Source: Selenomonadales bacterium (GTDB taxonomy: Bacteria > Bacillota > Negativicutes > Sporomusales > UBA7701). Taken from it: a DNA stretch of 64,000 nucleotides. Location of the stretch: the NCBI GenBank assembly GCA_018434945.1, contig JAHDOI010000009.1, forward strand, positions 3,087-67,086, written 5' to 3'. The notes below the pieces were generated by a model. That model was not told where the DNA came from. It saw only the letters and a list, made by a program, of their open reading frames with translations, and did no database searches. This document shows positions 50,506 to 59,771 of this stretch, piece after piece; the first letter of the stretch is position 1; each line of letters begins with the position of its first letter. Position numbers and translations under genes: made by a program.

Positions 50506-50703
50506 CTATCGCATATTGCGGAAAATCTCCCGGCGGTAATCCATCACCCGCCGCACCACCTCGTTCATCCCTTCGGCAACGATCAGCTTCTTGCCGTTCG
50601 TGAGAGTTATGACCGTATCGGGCGTTTCCTCGATAGTTTCGATTAGTTCGGCGTTTAAGACGAAGTCGTGATCGTGGGACTTGAATTTTGTCAGCTTAAT
50701 CAT
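50506..50703 (-). CDS. flbD: FlbD/SwrD family flagellar protein
   Basis: LNAELIETIEETPDTVITL. Confidence 0.93.
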   Translation of the reverse strand: MIKLTKFKSHDHDFVLNAELIETIEETPDTVITLTNGKKLIVAEGMNEVVRRVMDYRREIFRNMR

Positions 50704-50776
50704 TCATTAGCCCCCTTATATTTTCGCCCGCGGGCGGGAGGGGCTGCCCCCTCCCCCCCCCCGTCAGGCGGCAGGC

Positions 50777-52366
50777 TTAACGTTTCAGGTTAGCAAGCTC
50801 CTGCAGCATCTCGTCGGTCGAGCTGATAATCTTCGAATTCGACTGGAAGCCGCGCTGGGTGATGATCATATTGCTGAACTCCTGCGCCAGGTCGATGTTC
50901 GACATCTCCAGCGTGCCCGGGCTGAGCTCGCCGCGGCCGCCGCTGCCGGCGGTGCCGATCTGGGCCACCCCCGAGTTGTTCGACTCCGCGAACAGGCTGC
51001 TGCCCGCCTTATTCAGGCCGGCCGGGTTGCTGAAGGTCGCCAGCGCCACCTGGCCGAGATTCTTGCTCTGGCCGTTCGTGAACCGGCCGATGATGACCCC
51101 CGACGGGTCGATCGTCGTCGTATCCAGCGTGCCGGACGAATAGCCGTCCTGGTTGACCGCCTGGATCGTCGTCTCGCCGCCGAATTGGGTCAGCTTCGAC
51201 AGCACCAGGTTGACGCTCATCGGGTCGCCGCCGCCGGCCGGCGTGAAGCCCAGCGGCGCTATCGCGACAGGTGTGTAGGGCGAGGTCGGCGTGGCATTGA
51301 AAGCGGCTGCTGCGGGAGCTGTAGGGGTGGTGATGCCGAAGGTCACGTTGTTGCCGTTGACGTTCAACGGGCCGAAACCGGTATAGGCTGCGCCGGTCCA
51401 GGTGATCGTGCCGCTGGTCGCCGCCGCCCCTTCCGGGTTGGCCTGGTCGGTCAGCGAGTACGACCACGTGGTCGCGCCCGTCGTCGTGAAGGTCGCCTTG
51501 TACACGTGGGGCACGTTGCTGCTGTCGAACACCGTGAAGTTCTGGGTGTGCGTCGCGTTGAGGGTCGAGTCCATCTGTAAGGTCGGTATGGTCAGCGTCG
51601 CCGTCGGCACCGTCGCCGTTATCCCGCCGATGGACTGCACGCCGCCGGTCGAGGTGAACACCACCCTGCCCAGCGCGCCGGTCACTGCGCCGGTCGCGTC
51701 AGGCACCGACGTGCCGTACAGCCAGGTGTTGTCCGATTCCTTCACAAAGGTGTGGACGATCTTGTGGCTGATGCCGAGCGAATCGTACACGTTGATCGAC
51801 GTCGTCGCCGCCGTGCCGTTGATCGCCGACGCCGACAGGTTGTTGGCGAAGTCCATCTGCGTGGATGTCTTCGCGGCCATCGCCGAGCCTACCGGGATCT
51901 GGATGGCGCCGATCGTGCCGGCCGTATTGATGTTGCCGCTGTTGTCGGCCATCCAGCCCATTACCTTGTAGCCCGTGCCGGGCACCAGATAGTTGCCGGT
52001 ATCGTCGAAGTCGAAGTTGCCGGCCCGCGTATAGACCTGGCCGTCGCCGTCCGACAGAATGAAGAAGCCCTGACCCTGGATGGAAAGGTCGGTCTGCTTG
52101 CCGGTCGGCTGGAACGAGCCGTCGGTGAAGACCGTGTCGATGCTGGCCAGGCCCATGCCCATACCGATCTGCATCGGGTTGGTGCCGCCGCGGTTGGCCG
52201 TGCTGCCCGAGGCGCCCTGGATGGTCTGGCTCATCACATCCGAGAAGCTCACCCGGCTGCCCTTAAAACCTACGGTGTTTACGTTAGCGATGTTGTTGCC
52301 GATAACGTCCATGCGGGTCTGGTGGTTCCTCAGACCCGAAACGCCGGCGAAAAGTGAACGCATCAT
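50777..52366 (-). CDS. flgE: Flagellar hook protein (extended)
   Basis: GNNIANVNTVGFK, TRAGNF, LEMSNIDLA, QRGFQSN. Confidence 0.96.
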   Translation of the reverse strand: MMRSLFAGVSGLRNHQTRMDVIGNNIANVNTVGFKGSRVSFSDVMSQTIQGASGSTANRGGTNPMQIGMGMGLASIDTVFTDGSFQPTGKQTDLSIQGQGFFILSDGDGQVYTRAGNFDFDDTGNYLVPGTGYKVMGWMADNSGNINTAGTIGAIQIPVGSAMAAKTSTQMDFANNLSASAINGTAATTSINVYDSLGISHKIVHTFVKESDNTWLYGTSVPDATGAVTGALGRVVFTSTGGVQSIGGITATVPTATLTIPTLQMDSTLNATHTQNFTVFDSSNVPHVYKATFTTTGATTWSYSLTDQANPEGAAATSGTITWTGAAYTGFGPLNVNGNNVTFGITTPTAPAAAAFNATPTSPYTPVAIAPLGFTPAGGGDPMSVNLVLSKLTQFGGETTIQAVNQDGYSSGTLDTTTIDPSGVIIGRFTNGQSKNLGQVALATFSNPAGLNKAGSSLFAESNNSGVAQIGTAGSGGRGELSPGTLEMSNIDLAQEFSNMIITQRGFQSNSKIISSTDEMLQELANLKR

Positions 52367-52401
52367 AATAAATGACCTCCCTTATACTTGCGCGCGATTG
52401 C

Positions 52402-52452
52402 GCGGCCGCGTCAATCGTTCGGCGGCCGCGGGCTCCCTGAGAGGTCCAGCCC
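52402..52452 (-). ncRNA. Candidate two-hairpin RNA element in flgE leader
   Basis: GGGCT/AGCCC and GCGGCCGC/GCGGCCGC stems in the intergenic region. Confidence 0.35.
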
Positions 52453-52841
52453 TACACAATCACTGCGCTGTCGATGTTGGTGAATACGTTGTCCCTGATA
52501 TTCGTGCCGTCCATGGCCGTGATGACCGTCCGGTTCTTGACGCTGACCACCAGCGCCAGGTCGTTCATCAGGATGAGCGAGTCGCGGGCCCCTTTCTGGG
52601 CAGCCTTGTCCACCGCCCCCGAAATCTTGGCGAGATCGCTGCCGTCGAGCTTGATATTGCGGCTCGACAGCCGCTGGATGGCGTGCTGGGAAAACTTCAC
52701 GCCCGCCAGTTCCTGAGCGAGTACCTGGTTAAACGACTGCTGTCCGTCGGCACCCTTGGCGGAGGGTTGCGCCGCTGTTCCCTGGCCGGGCTTCTGCACC
52801 GGCAGGATCGGCTGCTGGTAATAGATGCGGTTATCGGTCAT
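52452..52841 (-). CDS. Flagellar operon-associated protein (TIGR02530-like)
   Basis: KFSQHAIQRL, KGARDSLILM, NVFTNIDSAVI; between flgD and flgE. Confidence 0.88.
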   Translation of the reverse strand: MTDNRIYYQQPILPVQKPGQGTAAQPSAKGADGQQSFNQVLAQELAGVKFSQHAIQRLSSRNIKLDGSDLAKISGAVDKAAQKGARDSLILMNDLALVVSVKNRTVITAMDGTNIRDNVFTNIDSAVIV

Positions 52842-52853
52842 CCTTCCACCTCC

Positions 52854-53435
52854 TTAAGCGGTCGTCGTCGGTTTCTGCACCTGGGTGACCTTGTCGAGCG
52901 TTATCTTCGGTCCGGCTATCACCGCGTACTTCTTGCCGTCTTTTTCCGCGATGTCCGCCACCGTACCGGACAATTCGACGCCGGTGGTCGCGTCCTTCCA
53001 GCTGACGTCGCTGCCGATAAGACTTGTCGGATCGCTGTAGTTGGGGTATTTGGTCAGCGCGCTCAGCTCGACCGCCGTATCGTTGATCTGGAGCTTGGGT
53101 TCGCCGTTCATAATGCTCACCGACTTCACCACTCCGGCATACATGATACCGTTGTCGTCCGTCCAGTAGACCTCGGCGCCGATCATCCCCGTCGCCTGCA
53201 TCGTCGCCATCGTCTTCGCCAGATTCATCGACTGCTCCAGGCTGGAGAACTGCGCCATCTGGGCGATGAACTCAGTGTCCTCCATCGGCGAGAGCGGGTC
53301 CTGGTTCTGCAACTGGGCGACCAGCAACTTGAGGAATTCGTCCTTGCCGAGTGAGGAAGCTTCGCCGGTGCCCTTGGTAGTCGAAGTCGTCGCGCTCCCG
53401 GTCGCGTAAGAGCCGGTATTCGATACGATCGCCAT
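52854..53435 (-). CDS. flgD: Flagellar hook capping protein
   Basis: FLKLLVAQLQNQDPLSP, QMAQFSSLEQ. Confidence 0.97.
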   Translation of the reverse strand: MAIVSNTGSYATGSATTSTTKGTGEASSLGKDEFLKLLVAQLQNQDPLSPMEDTEFIAQMAQFSSLEQSMNLAKTMATMQATGMIGAEVYWTDDNGIMYAGVVKSVSIMNGEPKLQINDTAVELSALTKYPNYSDPTSLIGSDVSWKDATTGVELSGTVADIAEKDGKKYAVIAGPKITLDKVTQVQKPTTTA

Positions 53436-53453
53436 TGTTTCACCTCCTTTGCG

Positions 53454-54974
53454 TCAAATCCGGTAGTCGATCCCCGTCCCGCCCGCGGCGCTCTGCACTC
53501 CCAGAGCCGTAACCGCGGCCGCCGTGTCGGCGAAAACCTCGTCGCCGCTCGGGCGTCGCGCCGGCTGCGGCATCTGCTGCTGCTGGGGCGCGTGACGCTG
53601 GTCGTTGGCGAAGAAGTGGTCGAGAGAGGTATAAACACCCACGTTATCGACCTTCAGCCCCTGGTCGGCCATATCCTGCCGCAGTTGGGGCAGCGAAGCC
53701 TCGATCGCGGCGCGGACCTCGGCGTTCTTCGTGTGGAACGTGGCGCTGACCACCCCGCTGTCCACCACGATCTTCAGGGTAAGCTCGCCGAGATGCTCGG
53801 GCTTGAGTTTGATGACCATCTCGCTGCTCTCGGCCCGGGTGATGAGGCGGGCGTTGTCGACGATCTGTCCGGCGACGTTGTGCGGGTCCTGGGGGGCCGC
53901 CGGCTGATTCCCGGCCGGCGCCGCGGTGTTCTCGGCCGCGCCTGCGCGTACCGCCGCCTGGTCGACGATAGCTGCGAACAACTGGTTGGCGGTTGCCGTC
54001 TCGGGCGTCGGTGCGGGATTCGGCGCCGCTGGTGCGAAGATCTCGGCGCTGAGCGCCGCGCTGTCGCCGCCTGCCGTCTGCGTCTCGCCGCCGGCCGCTG
54101 CCGCCGGCATCGCCGCGGTGGACGCCGTCGGTGTCAGGGCTTTCGGCTCGGCTTCAGCCTTGACCACGGGTGCCTGCGCTGTCGCCGGCTTCTCCGGCTG
54201 GAGCTGGCCGCCGGCTGCCGCCGCCGCAATCGTCGCCTGCGAAATCACCGTCGGCTCGACCTGCCGTTGTGCTGCCGCTCCCTGCCCTGTCGCCGCCGCT
54301 GCGGGCCGTTCGTCCGGAGTCGGTACGGGAACCGCCGCCGGTATGGGCGCGGCCTCGCCCTCGATTGTCACTGCCGGCAGAGGAGTGGCCTCGGCTTCCG
54401 TCATCGCTGCCGGCGTCACCTGAGGCATCGACTGCACCGCCGGTAAGTCCGGCAGCCGCTGGGTCGCGGTGGCGGCCTGAGCCTGCTGCGCCTGCTGCAT
54501 TACCGGTGTCGCGCCCTGTCCCGCCTGCTGGCCGTTCGCCACTGGCGGCGTCTGCTCGGCAGTAACGGCCGTCTGCGCGGCGGTCAACTGCGGCAGAGGT
54601 AGTGGTTGCTGCGCTGTCTGAGCGGTCTGTGGCGCAGCGGCCGGCAGGGGCGTTATCGCTCCCGTCGAACCCTGGTCAGCCACCGGTGCGGCCGTCAGCA
54701 CAGCTGTCGTCGTCTGGGGCATCTGGGCAAACAGCGTCGCGACGGTCCACATCCCCGGCGCAAATACCGGGGCCGCTTCGACAGCGGTTTGGGGGTTCTC
54801 CGCGTCCGTCTTCTGGCCCTCGCCTGTTTGTGGCTGTCCGGCGGCCACCAGGCCGGCGAACACCGCCCCGAACTCCCCGCCGTCCTTACCCTGGGAAGCT
54901 GCGGGTTTCCCCGCCCCTTTCGGCGGCGCGGCAGGCGGAGCCTCGAAAGCCATTTGCATTAAAGCTGCATTCAT
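53454..54974 (-). CDS. fliK: Flagellar hook-length control protein
   Basis: Ala/Pro/Gln-rich N-terminus; C-terminal LKPEHLG domain. Confidence 0.9.
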   Translation of the reverse strand: MNAALMQMAFEAPPAAPPKGAGKPAASQGKDGGEFGAVFAGLVAAGQPQTGEGQKTDAENPQTAVEAAPVFAPGMWTVATLFAQMPQTTTAVLTAAPVADQGSTGAITPLPAAAPQTAQTAQQPLPLPQLTAAQTAVTAEQTPPVANGQQAGQGATPVMQQAQQAQAATATQRLPDLPAVQSMPQVTPAAMTEAEATPLPAVTIEGEAAPIPAAVPVPTPDERPAAAATGQGAAAQRQVEPTVISQATIAAAAAGGQLQPEKPATAQAPVVKAEAEPKALTPTASTAAMPAAAAGGETQTAGGDSAALSAEIFAPAAPNPAPTPETATANQLFAAIVDQAAVRAGAAENTAAPAGNQPAAPQDPHNVAGQIVDNARLITRAESSEMVIKLKPEHLGELTLKIVVDSGVVSATFHTKNAEVRAAIEASLPQLRQDMADQGLKVDNVGVYTSLDHFFANDQRHAPQQQQMPQPARRPSGDEVFADTAAAVTALGVQSAAGGTGIDYRI

Positions 54975-55024
54975 TCGTTCACCTCCTTTCCGTGAAGCTA
55001 TCTATATACCAAAAGGCCGGCCAC

Positions 55025-55648
55025 TTACATGGTCTTGCCTTTCAGCATATCCTGGGTGAGGCGGGCCGCCCGCCGGGCATCGAATAACGACATCAGCTTG
55101 GCCACCTGGCTGTCTTCCATCTTATTGAGGATCGCCAGGACGGTCGGGTCGTCGAGCTGGTTGAGGATCGGCACCGCCTCGTCCGGCTTCATCTCGGCGT
55201 ACAGGCGGGCGAGCCGGGAGATGCGCTTGGCCTCCTCCTGCTTCGCCTTGGCCTCCCTCGCCTTGAGTTCGTCGGGCGATATGGCCGCGGCCGCGGGCGC
55301 GGGGGCGGGAGTCGGCGCGGCCTGCGCCGCAGGCGCGGGGGCGGGCGTTTCCTTGGCCCCTTCGGGCGGCAGCTCGACGGTCTCGAAATTCGTGGCCGCC
55401 GGCTTGGCGAAATAGCGGCCGACAACCGGGTAAGAGGCCAGATTATACTCTGCGGCCAGCGCGTCGATGTCGATGAACTTGAAGAACACCGCGGCGTACA
55501 GGCTGCCGCCGGCCAGCATCAGCAGCACCAGCAGAAAAAGCGTCGCCTTCAGCAGAAAACCAAATCTGTTTTTCTTGGCCGGCGCTTTCGCGGCGGCCGA
55601 TTTCGCGCCCGGGTTCTCTTTCTCGGGCGGTTTCTTCTTTTCAGCCAT
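55025..55648 (-). CDS. YlxF/MotE-like protein (TM plus MgtE_N-like)
   Basis: LARLYAEMKPDEAVPIL; position after fliJ. Confidence 0.8.
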   Translation of the reverse strand: MAEKKKPPEKENPGAKSAAAKAPAKKNRFGFLLKATLFLLVLLMLAGGSLYAAVFFKFIDIDALAAEYNLASYPVVGRYFAKPAATNFETVELPPEGAKETPAPAPAAQAAPTPAPAPAAAAISPDELKAREAKAKQEEAKRISRLARLYAEMKPDEAVPILNQLDDPTVLAILNKMEDSQVAKLMSLFDARRAARLTQDMLKGKTM

Positions 55649-55679
55649 GAACGGTATCAGCCCACCTTTTGCGTAAGGT

Positions 55680-56213
55680 TCAGCCGCACAGGCTCAAAAC
55701 CTTGTTGACATACGCCCTCGTCTCCGGGTAAGGAGGCACTCCGGCGTACTGCCGGACAGCATCCGGTCCGGCGTTATATGCGGCGACAGCCTTTACAACA
55801 TCGCCGCCGAATGTGTTAAGCATCTGTTTCAGGTAACGCACCCCGCCGTCGATATTATCGCGCGGGTCGTAGACATTGCGCACCCCCAGCGAGCGGGCCG
55901 TCTCGGGCATAAGCTGCATAACGCCTGCCGCCCCCGCCGTGGACACCGCCTGCGGCTGCAGGTCGGACTCCGCCACCGCCACCGCCATCGCCAGACTGGC
56001 GTCGACACCGTGCCTTCTGGCGGCCGCCTGGACCAGCGACGCGATCTCCTGCCGGCCGGCAGATGCCTTCTTCGCCGGCGCCGCCGCGGCCTGCGCCTTT
56101 GTCATGGCTGCCGCGAAGCTGTCCTCACCGGCAGCCGGCTGCACAGGCTGCATCTGTTGAAAACGCTGTTCGATTGCGGCGATGCGCTGCATCACCCGCT
56201 GCACACTCTCCAT
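55680..56213 (-). CDS. Lytic transglycosylase (SLT) within fla operon
   Basis: AES catalytic Glu, GVMQLMPET, AAYNAG, ETRAYV; no signal peptide. Confidence 0.92.
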   Translation of the reverse strand: MESVQRVMQRIAAIEQRFQQMQPVQPAAGEDSFAAAMTKAQAAAAPAKKASAGRQEIASLVQAAARRHGVDASLAMAVAVAESDLQPQAVSTAGAAGVMQLMPETARSLGVRNVYDPRDNIDGGVRYLKQMLNTFGGDVVKAVAAYNAGPDAVRQYAGVPPYPETRAYVNKVLSLCG

Positions 56214-56222
56214 ATGCACCCT

Positions 56223-56666
56223 CTACCCGTTGCGGACGAAGGCCTGCAGCCCCAGCTCATCCAAGAGCTTCTGCTCCTCGAGCAGCGCTTCGGCCTGATA
56301 CTGGGCGAGACGCTTCTCGCGCAGCTTTTCCACAAGCTTGCGGGCCCTTGCGGCCTCCTCCAGGGCGGTCAGACATTCCTGCCGCCTGTGGGCGGCCGAC
56401 TCCACCCTGATATGCTGAAGGGAAATATCCCCTTTTAGTTTATCGTTATAATCGCGAAATGTCTTAAGTACCGCCACCGTGACAGGTTCGGCAAGCGTGC
56501 GGCGGTAGTCGGCGACATGGCCGGCCAGCTCCGTTTCCAGGGCTGCCAGCGCCTCCCGTTCGGCCACATACTGCGCCGTCGCCTCGGCGAGTTTTATCTG
56601 CGCCTGTTCCTCCTGCATGCGGCGGAACTTCAACAGCGTCTCGAGTCGGAACTGGAACGGCCGCAC
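56223..56666 (-). CDS. fliJ: Flagellar export chaperone FliJ
   Basis: FQFRLETLL, EQKLLDE. GTG start placed at 56666. Confidence 0.92.
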   Translation of the reverse strand: MRPFQFRLETLLKFRRMQEEQAQIKLAEATAQYVAEREALAALETELAGHVADYRRTLAEPVTVAVLKTFRDYNDKLKGDISLQHIRVESAAHRRQECLTALEEAARARKLVEKLREKRLAQYQAEALLEEQKLLDELGLQAFVRNG

Positions 56667-56693
56667 CGCAGACCACCTCGCCTCTCTCAAGTA

Positions 56694-58007
56694 TTACCGG
56701 GCCAGAGTCAGCAGCCTGTCGACGGCTTCCTGGAGCCCGGTCTGCTCGCGGACGCTCTGGCGGAGAAACTCCTTAATCGGGCCGATCATCTCGATCGCCT
56801 TGTCGATCGCCGGATTGCTGCCATGCGCGTAAGCGCCGATATTCACGAGATCCTCGGCATCGCGGTACGTCGCCAGCATCGTCCTGATCGCCTGGGCGGC
56901 ATCCCAGTGCTCCTCGTCCACGATCTCCAGCATCAGCCTGCTGACGCTCTGGAGGATGTCGATCGCCGGGTAGTGGTTCTGGGCCGCCATAGCCCGCGAC
57001 AGCACGATATGGCCGTCGAGGATGCTGCGCGCCGCGTCGGCGATCGGCTCGTTCATATCGTCGCCGTCCACCAGCACCGTATAAATGCCGGTTATCGACC
57101 CCTTTTCCCCCGCCCCGGAACGCTCCAGCAGCTTGGGCAGCAGCGCGAACACCGACGGAGTATAACCACGGGTCGCGGGCGGCTCACCGACCGTCAACCC
57201 CACCTCCCGCTGGGCGACCGCGAACCTCGTCACCGAATCCATCATCAGCACGACGTTCATGCCCTGATCGCGGAAATACTCCGCGATCGCGGTGGCCGTC
57301 ATCGCCCCCTTGAGCCGCAGCAGCGCCGGCTGATCCGAGGTCGCCACGACTACTACCGACCTCTTCAGTCCCTCCTCGCCAAGATCGCGCTCGATAAACT
57401 CGCGCACCTCGCGGCCGCGCTCGCCCACAAGGGCTATGACGCTTATATCGGCCTCCGTATTGCGGGCCACCATGCCGAGCAGCGTGCTCTTGCCCACGCC
57501 GCTGCCGGCCATGATCCCCACCCGCTGGCCGCGGCCGAGGGTCAAAAGACCGTCGATGGCGCGGACGCCCGCGGAGATCCTGTCTGTTATCCGCTGCCTC
57601 GAGAGCGGCGGCGGCGGCACGGCGTGAAGAGGGTACTCTGCGCTGCCGGTCAGCGGACCCTTGCCGTCGATCGGATTGCCCAGCCCGTCGAGGATGCGGC
57701 CGAGCAGGCTCCTGCCGACATTCACCGTCAGTGTCCGGCGGGCCGAAACCACCTGGCAGCCCGGGCCGATGCCGTGCAGCTCGCCCAGCGGCATAAGCAG
57801 CACGCTGTTATCGCGGAACCCCACCACCTCCGCCGGCAGACTGAACCCATCGTCCGGCGAGGCGATATAACACAAATCCCCAAGATTGACCAGGGGACCA
57901 AGGGATTCGATCAGCAGGCCGATAATCTTGCTGACCTTGCCCACCTGTTGAATCGAGTCTATGCTTTTCAGCCCCTCCACATAGCGGGCGACATTCACGG
58001 CCGTCAC
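56694..58007 (-). CDS. fliI: Flagellar export ATPase
   Basis: AGSGVGKST, GERGREV, MDSVTRF, LDGHIVL. Confidence 0.99.
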   Translation of the reverse strand: MTAVNVARYVEGLKSIDSIQQVGKVSKIIGLLIESLGPLVNLGDLCYIASPDDGFSLPAEVVGFRDNSVLLMPLGELHGIGPGCQVVSARRTLTVNVGRSLLGRILDGLGNPIDGKGPLTGSAEYPLHAVPPPPLSRQRITDRISAGVRAIDGLLTLGRGQRVGIMAGSGVGKSTLLGMVARNTEADISVIALVGERGREVREFIERDLGEEGLKRSVVVVATSDQPALLRLKGAMTATAIAEYFRDQGMNVVLMMDSVTRFAVAQREVGLTVGEPPATRGYTPSVFALLPKLLERSGAGEKGSITGIYTVLVDGDDMNEPIADAARSILDGHIVLSRAMAAQNHYPAIDILQSVSRLMLEIVDEEHWDAAQAIRTMLATYRDAEDLVNIGAYAHGSNPAIDKAIEMIGPIKEFLRQSVREQTGLQEAVDRLLTLAR

Positions 58008-58753
58008 GGCAGCAGCTCCTTAAGCGCCGCCTTCACCAGCTCCATCTGGGTATCGATGCGGGCGTCCACCGTCCCGTAAGGCGTCTCCACGATACAATCG
58101 CCGACCTTGAGCGCGCCGTCCGCCTTCACCGCCACGCTTGTAGCGCGCGCCAGGCCGGCCTGCAGCTCGGGCCGGGCGGCCAGCACCAGATCATAACACT
58201 CGGGGTTCACACGGATCGTGATCTGCTCCTGATCCTGCACCTTATCGAGCGCCACCTTGACGATCGGCAAAATCACCGTCGGGTTCTCCGCCACCTCGCG
58301 TGCCAGCACCTTCGAAGCCACAGCCAGGGCCAACTCCACCACCTGCCGTTCGGCAGCCCGGAAAGCCTCGTCGGCCTGCTGGCTGGCGAGCGCCAAAATC
58401 TGCGACGCCTTCTCAGCCGCCTCCGCGATCGCGCCTCTGGCCTGTTCCAGGCCTGCGGCCTCGCCGCTTACCCGGCCCTCGGCGAACCCCTTCCCGTGCC
58501 CTTCGTCATAAGCCTCGCGCCGCAGCCTCGCGGCGTCCTCGTTCGCGGCCGCCAACACCGCGGCCGCCTTCTCGCGGGCCTCGGCGATAATGCCGATAGC
58601 CTCGCCGCTCGCCGTCGGCATGACATCCTCCTCGGCGACCTCCTCGGGCGGGAGCATCTCCTCGTCCGGCTCGGGATCCGGCAGGCGGGGCGGCGTATAT
58701 GTAACGACATGCGGCGTCTCGCGCAGGGACACGCCCTTGAAAATCCTAGACAA
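58004..58753 (-). CDS. fliH: Flagellar assembly protein FliH
   Basis: GxxxG repeats, IRVNP, GDCIVETPYG. Confidence 0.92.
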   Translation of the reverse strand: MSRIFKGVSLRETPHVVTYTPPRLPDPEPDEEMLPPEEVAEEDVMPTASGEAIGIIAEAREKAAAVLAAANEDAARLRREAYDEGHGKGFAEGRVSGEAAGLEQARGAIAEAAEKASQILALASQQADEAFRAAERQVVELALAVASKVLAREVAENPTVILPIVKVALDKVQDQEQITIRVNPECYDLVLAARPELQAGLARATSVAVKADGALKVGDCIVETPYGTVDARIDTQMELVKAALKELLP

Positions 58754-59756
58754 TTATCTCGTCTCCTTTACCGCGGGAAACAATAATCTCACCCGACTCC
58801 TCGAGACGACGGATAACATTGACGACCTTCTGCTGCGCCTCTTCCACATCGCGGATGCGCACCGGGCCCATATACTGGATCTCCTCGCGCAGCATCTCGG
58901 CGGCGCGCTTCGACATATTCTTGTAAACCTTTTCCGCGACCTCGCTCGACGAAGCCTTGAGCGCCAGCGCCAGATCCTTGGAATCGATCTCGCGCAGCAC
59001 CAGCTGCAGCGAACGGTCGTCCAGCAGCACGATATCCTCGAACACGAACATCCGCTTCTTGATCTCTTCCGCCAGTTCCGGGTTCTGGATCTCCAGATTC
59101 TCGATAATCGTCCGCTCGGTCGTCCGGTCCACGCGGTTCAAAACCTCGACGATCGAATCCACACCGCCGGCGGCCGTAAAATCCTGCGTCACCAGCGACG
59201 ACAGCTTGCGCTCCAGGATGCGCTCCACATCCTTGATAACATCCGGCGACGTCCTGTCCATCAGCGCGATCCGTTTCGCCACATCCACCTGCCTGTCAGG
59301 CGGCAGCGCCGACAAAATCGTCCCCGCCTGTTCAGGCTGCAGATACGCCATAATCAGAGCGATCGTCTGCGGGTGCTCGTTCTGGATGAAATTCAACAGC
59401 TGGGCGGGGTCGGTTTTGCGGGCGAAATCGAACGGCCTTATCTGCAGGCTCGAAGTCAGGCGGTTGATAATCATCATCGCCTTCTCCTGCCCGAGGGCCT
59501 TCTCGATAATCTCGCGGGCGTAATCGATACCGCCGCTCGAAATATACTCCTTGGCGAGGGCCATCTGATGGAACTCCACCAGCACCTTATCCTTGCTCTC
59601 CTGAGTCACCTTGCGCTGGTTGGCGATCTCCAGAGTCAGCTTCTCGATCTCATCTTCCTTCAGGTGCTTAAAAACCTGGGACGCCACGTCAGGCCCGAGG
59701 GAGATGAGCAAAATAGCCGCCTTCTGTTTACCACTTAAATCCGAAGGCTGATACAT
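58746..59756 (-). CDS. fliG: Flagellar motor switch protein FliG
   Basis: QKAAILL, EHPQTIAL, MFVFED, GPVR. Confidence 0.99.
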   Translation of the reverse strand: MYQPSDLSGKQKAAILLISLGPDVASQVFKHLKEDEIEKLTLEIANQRKVTQESKDKVLVEFHQMALAKEYISSGGIDYAREIIEKALGQEKAMMIINRLTSSLQIRPFDFARKTDPAQLLNFIQNEHPQTIALIMAYLQPEQAGTILSALPPDRQVDVAKRIALMDRTSPDVIKDVERILERKLSSLVTQDFTAAGGVDSIVEVLNRVDRTTERTIIENLEIQNPELAEEIKKRMFVFEDIVLLDDRSLQLVLREIDSKDLALALKASSSEVAEKVYKNMSKRAAEMLREEIQYMGPVRIRDVEEAQQKVVNVIRRLEESGEIIVSRGKGDEIIV

Positions 59757-59771
59757 CCCTGACCCTCCTGC

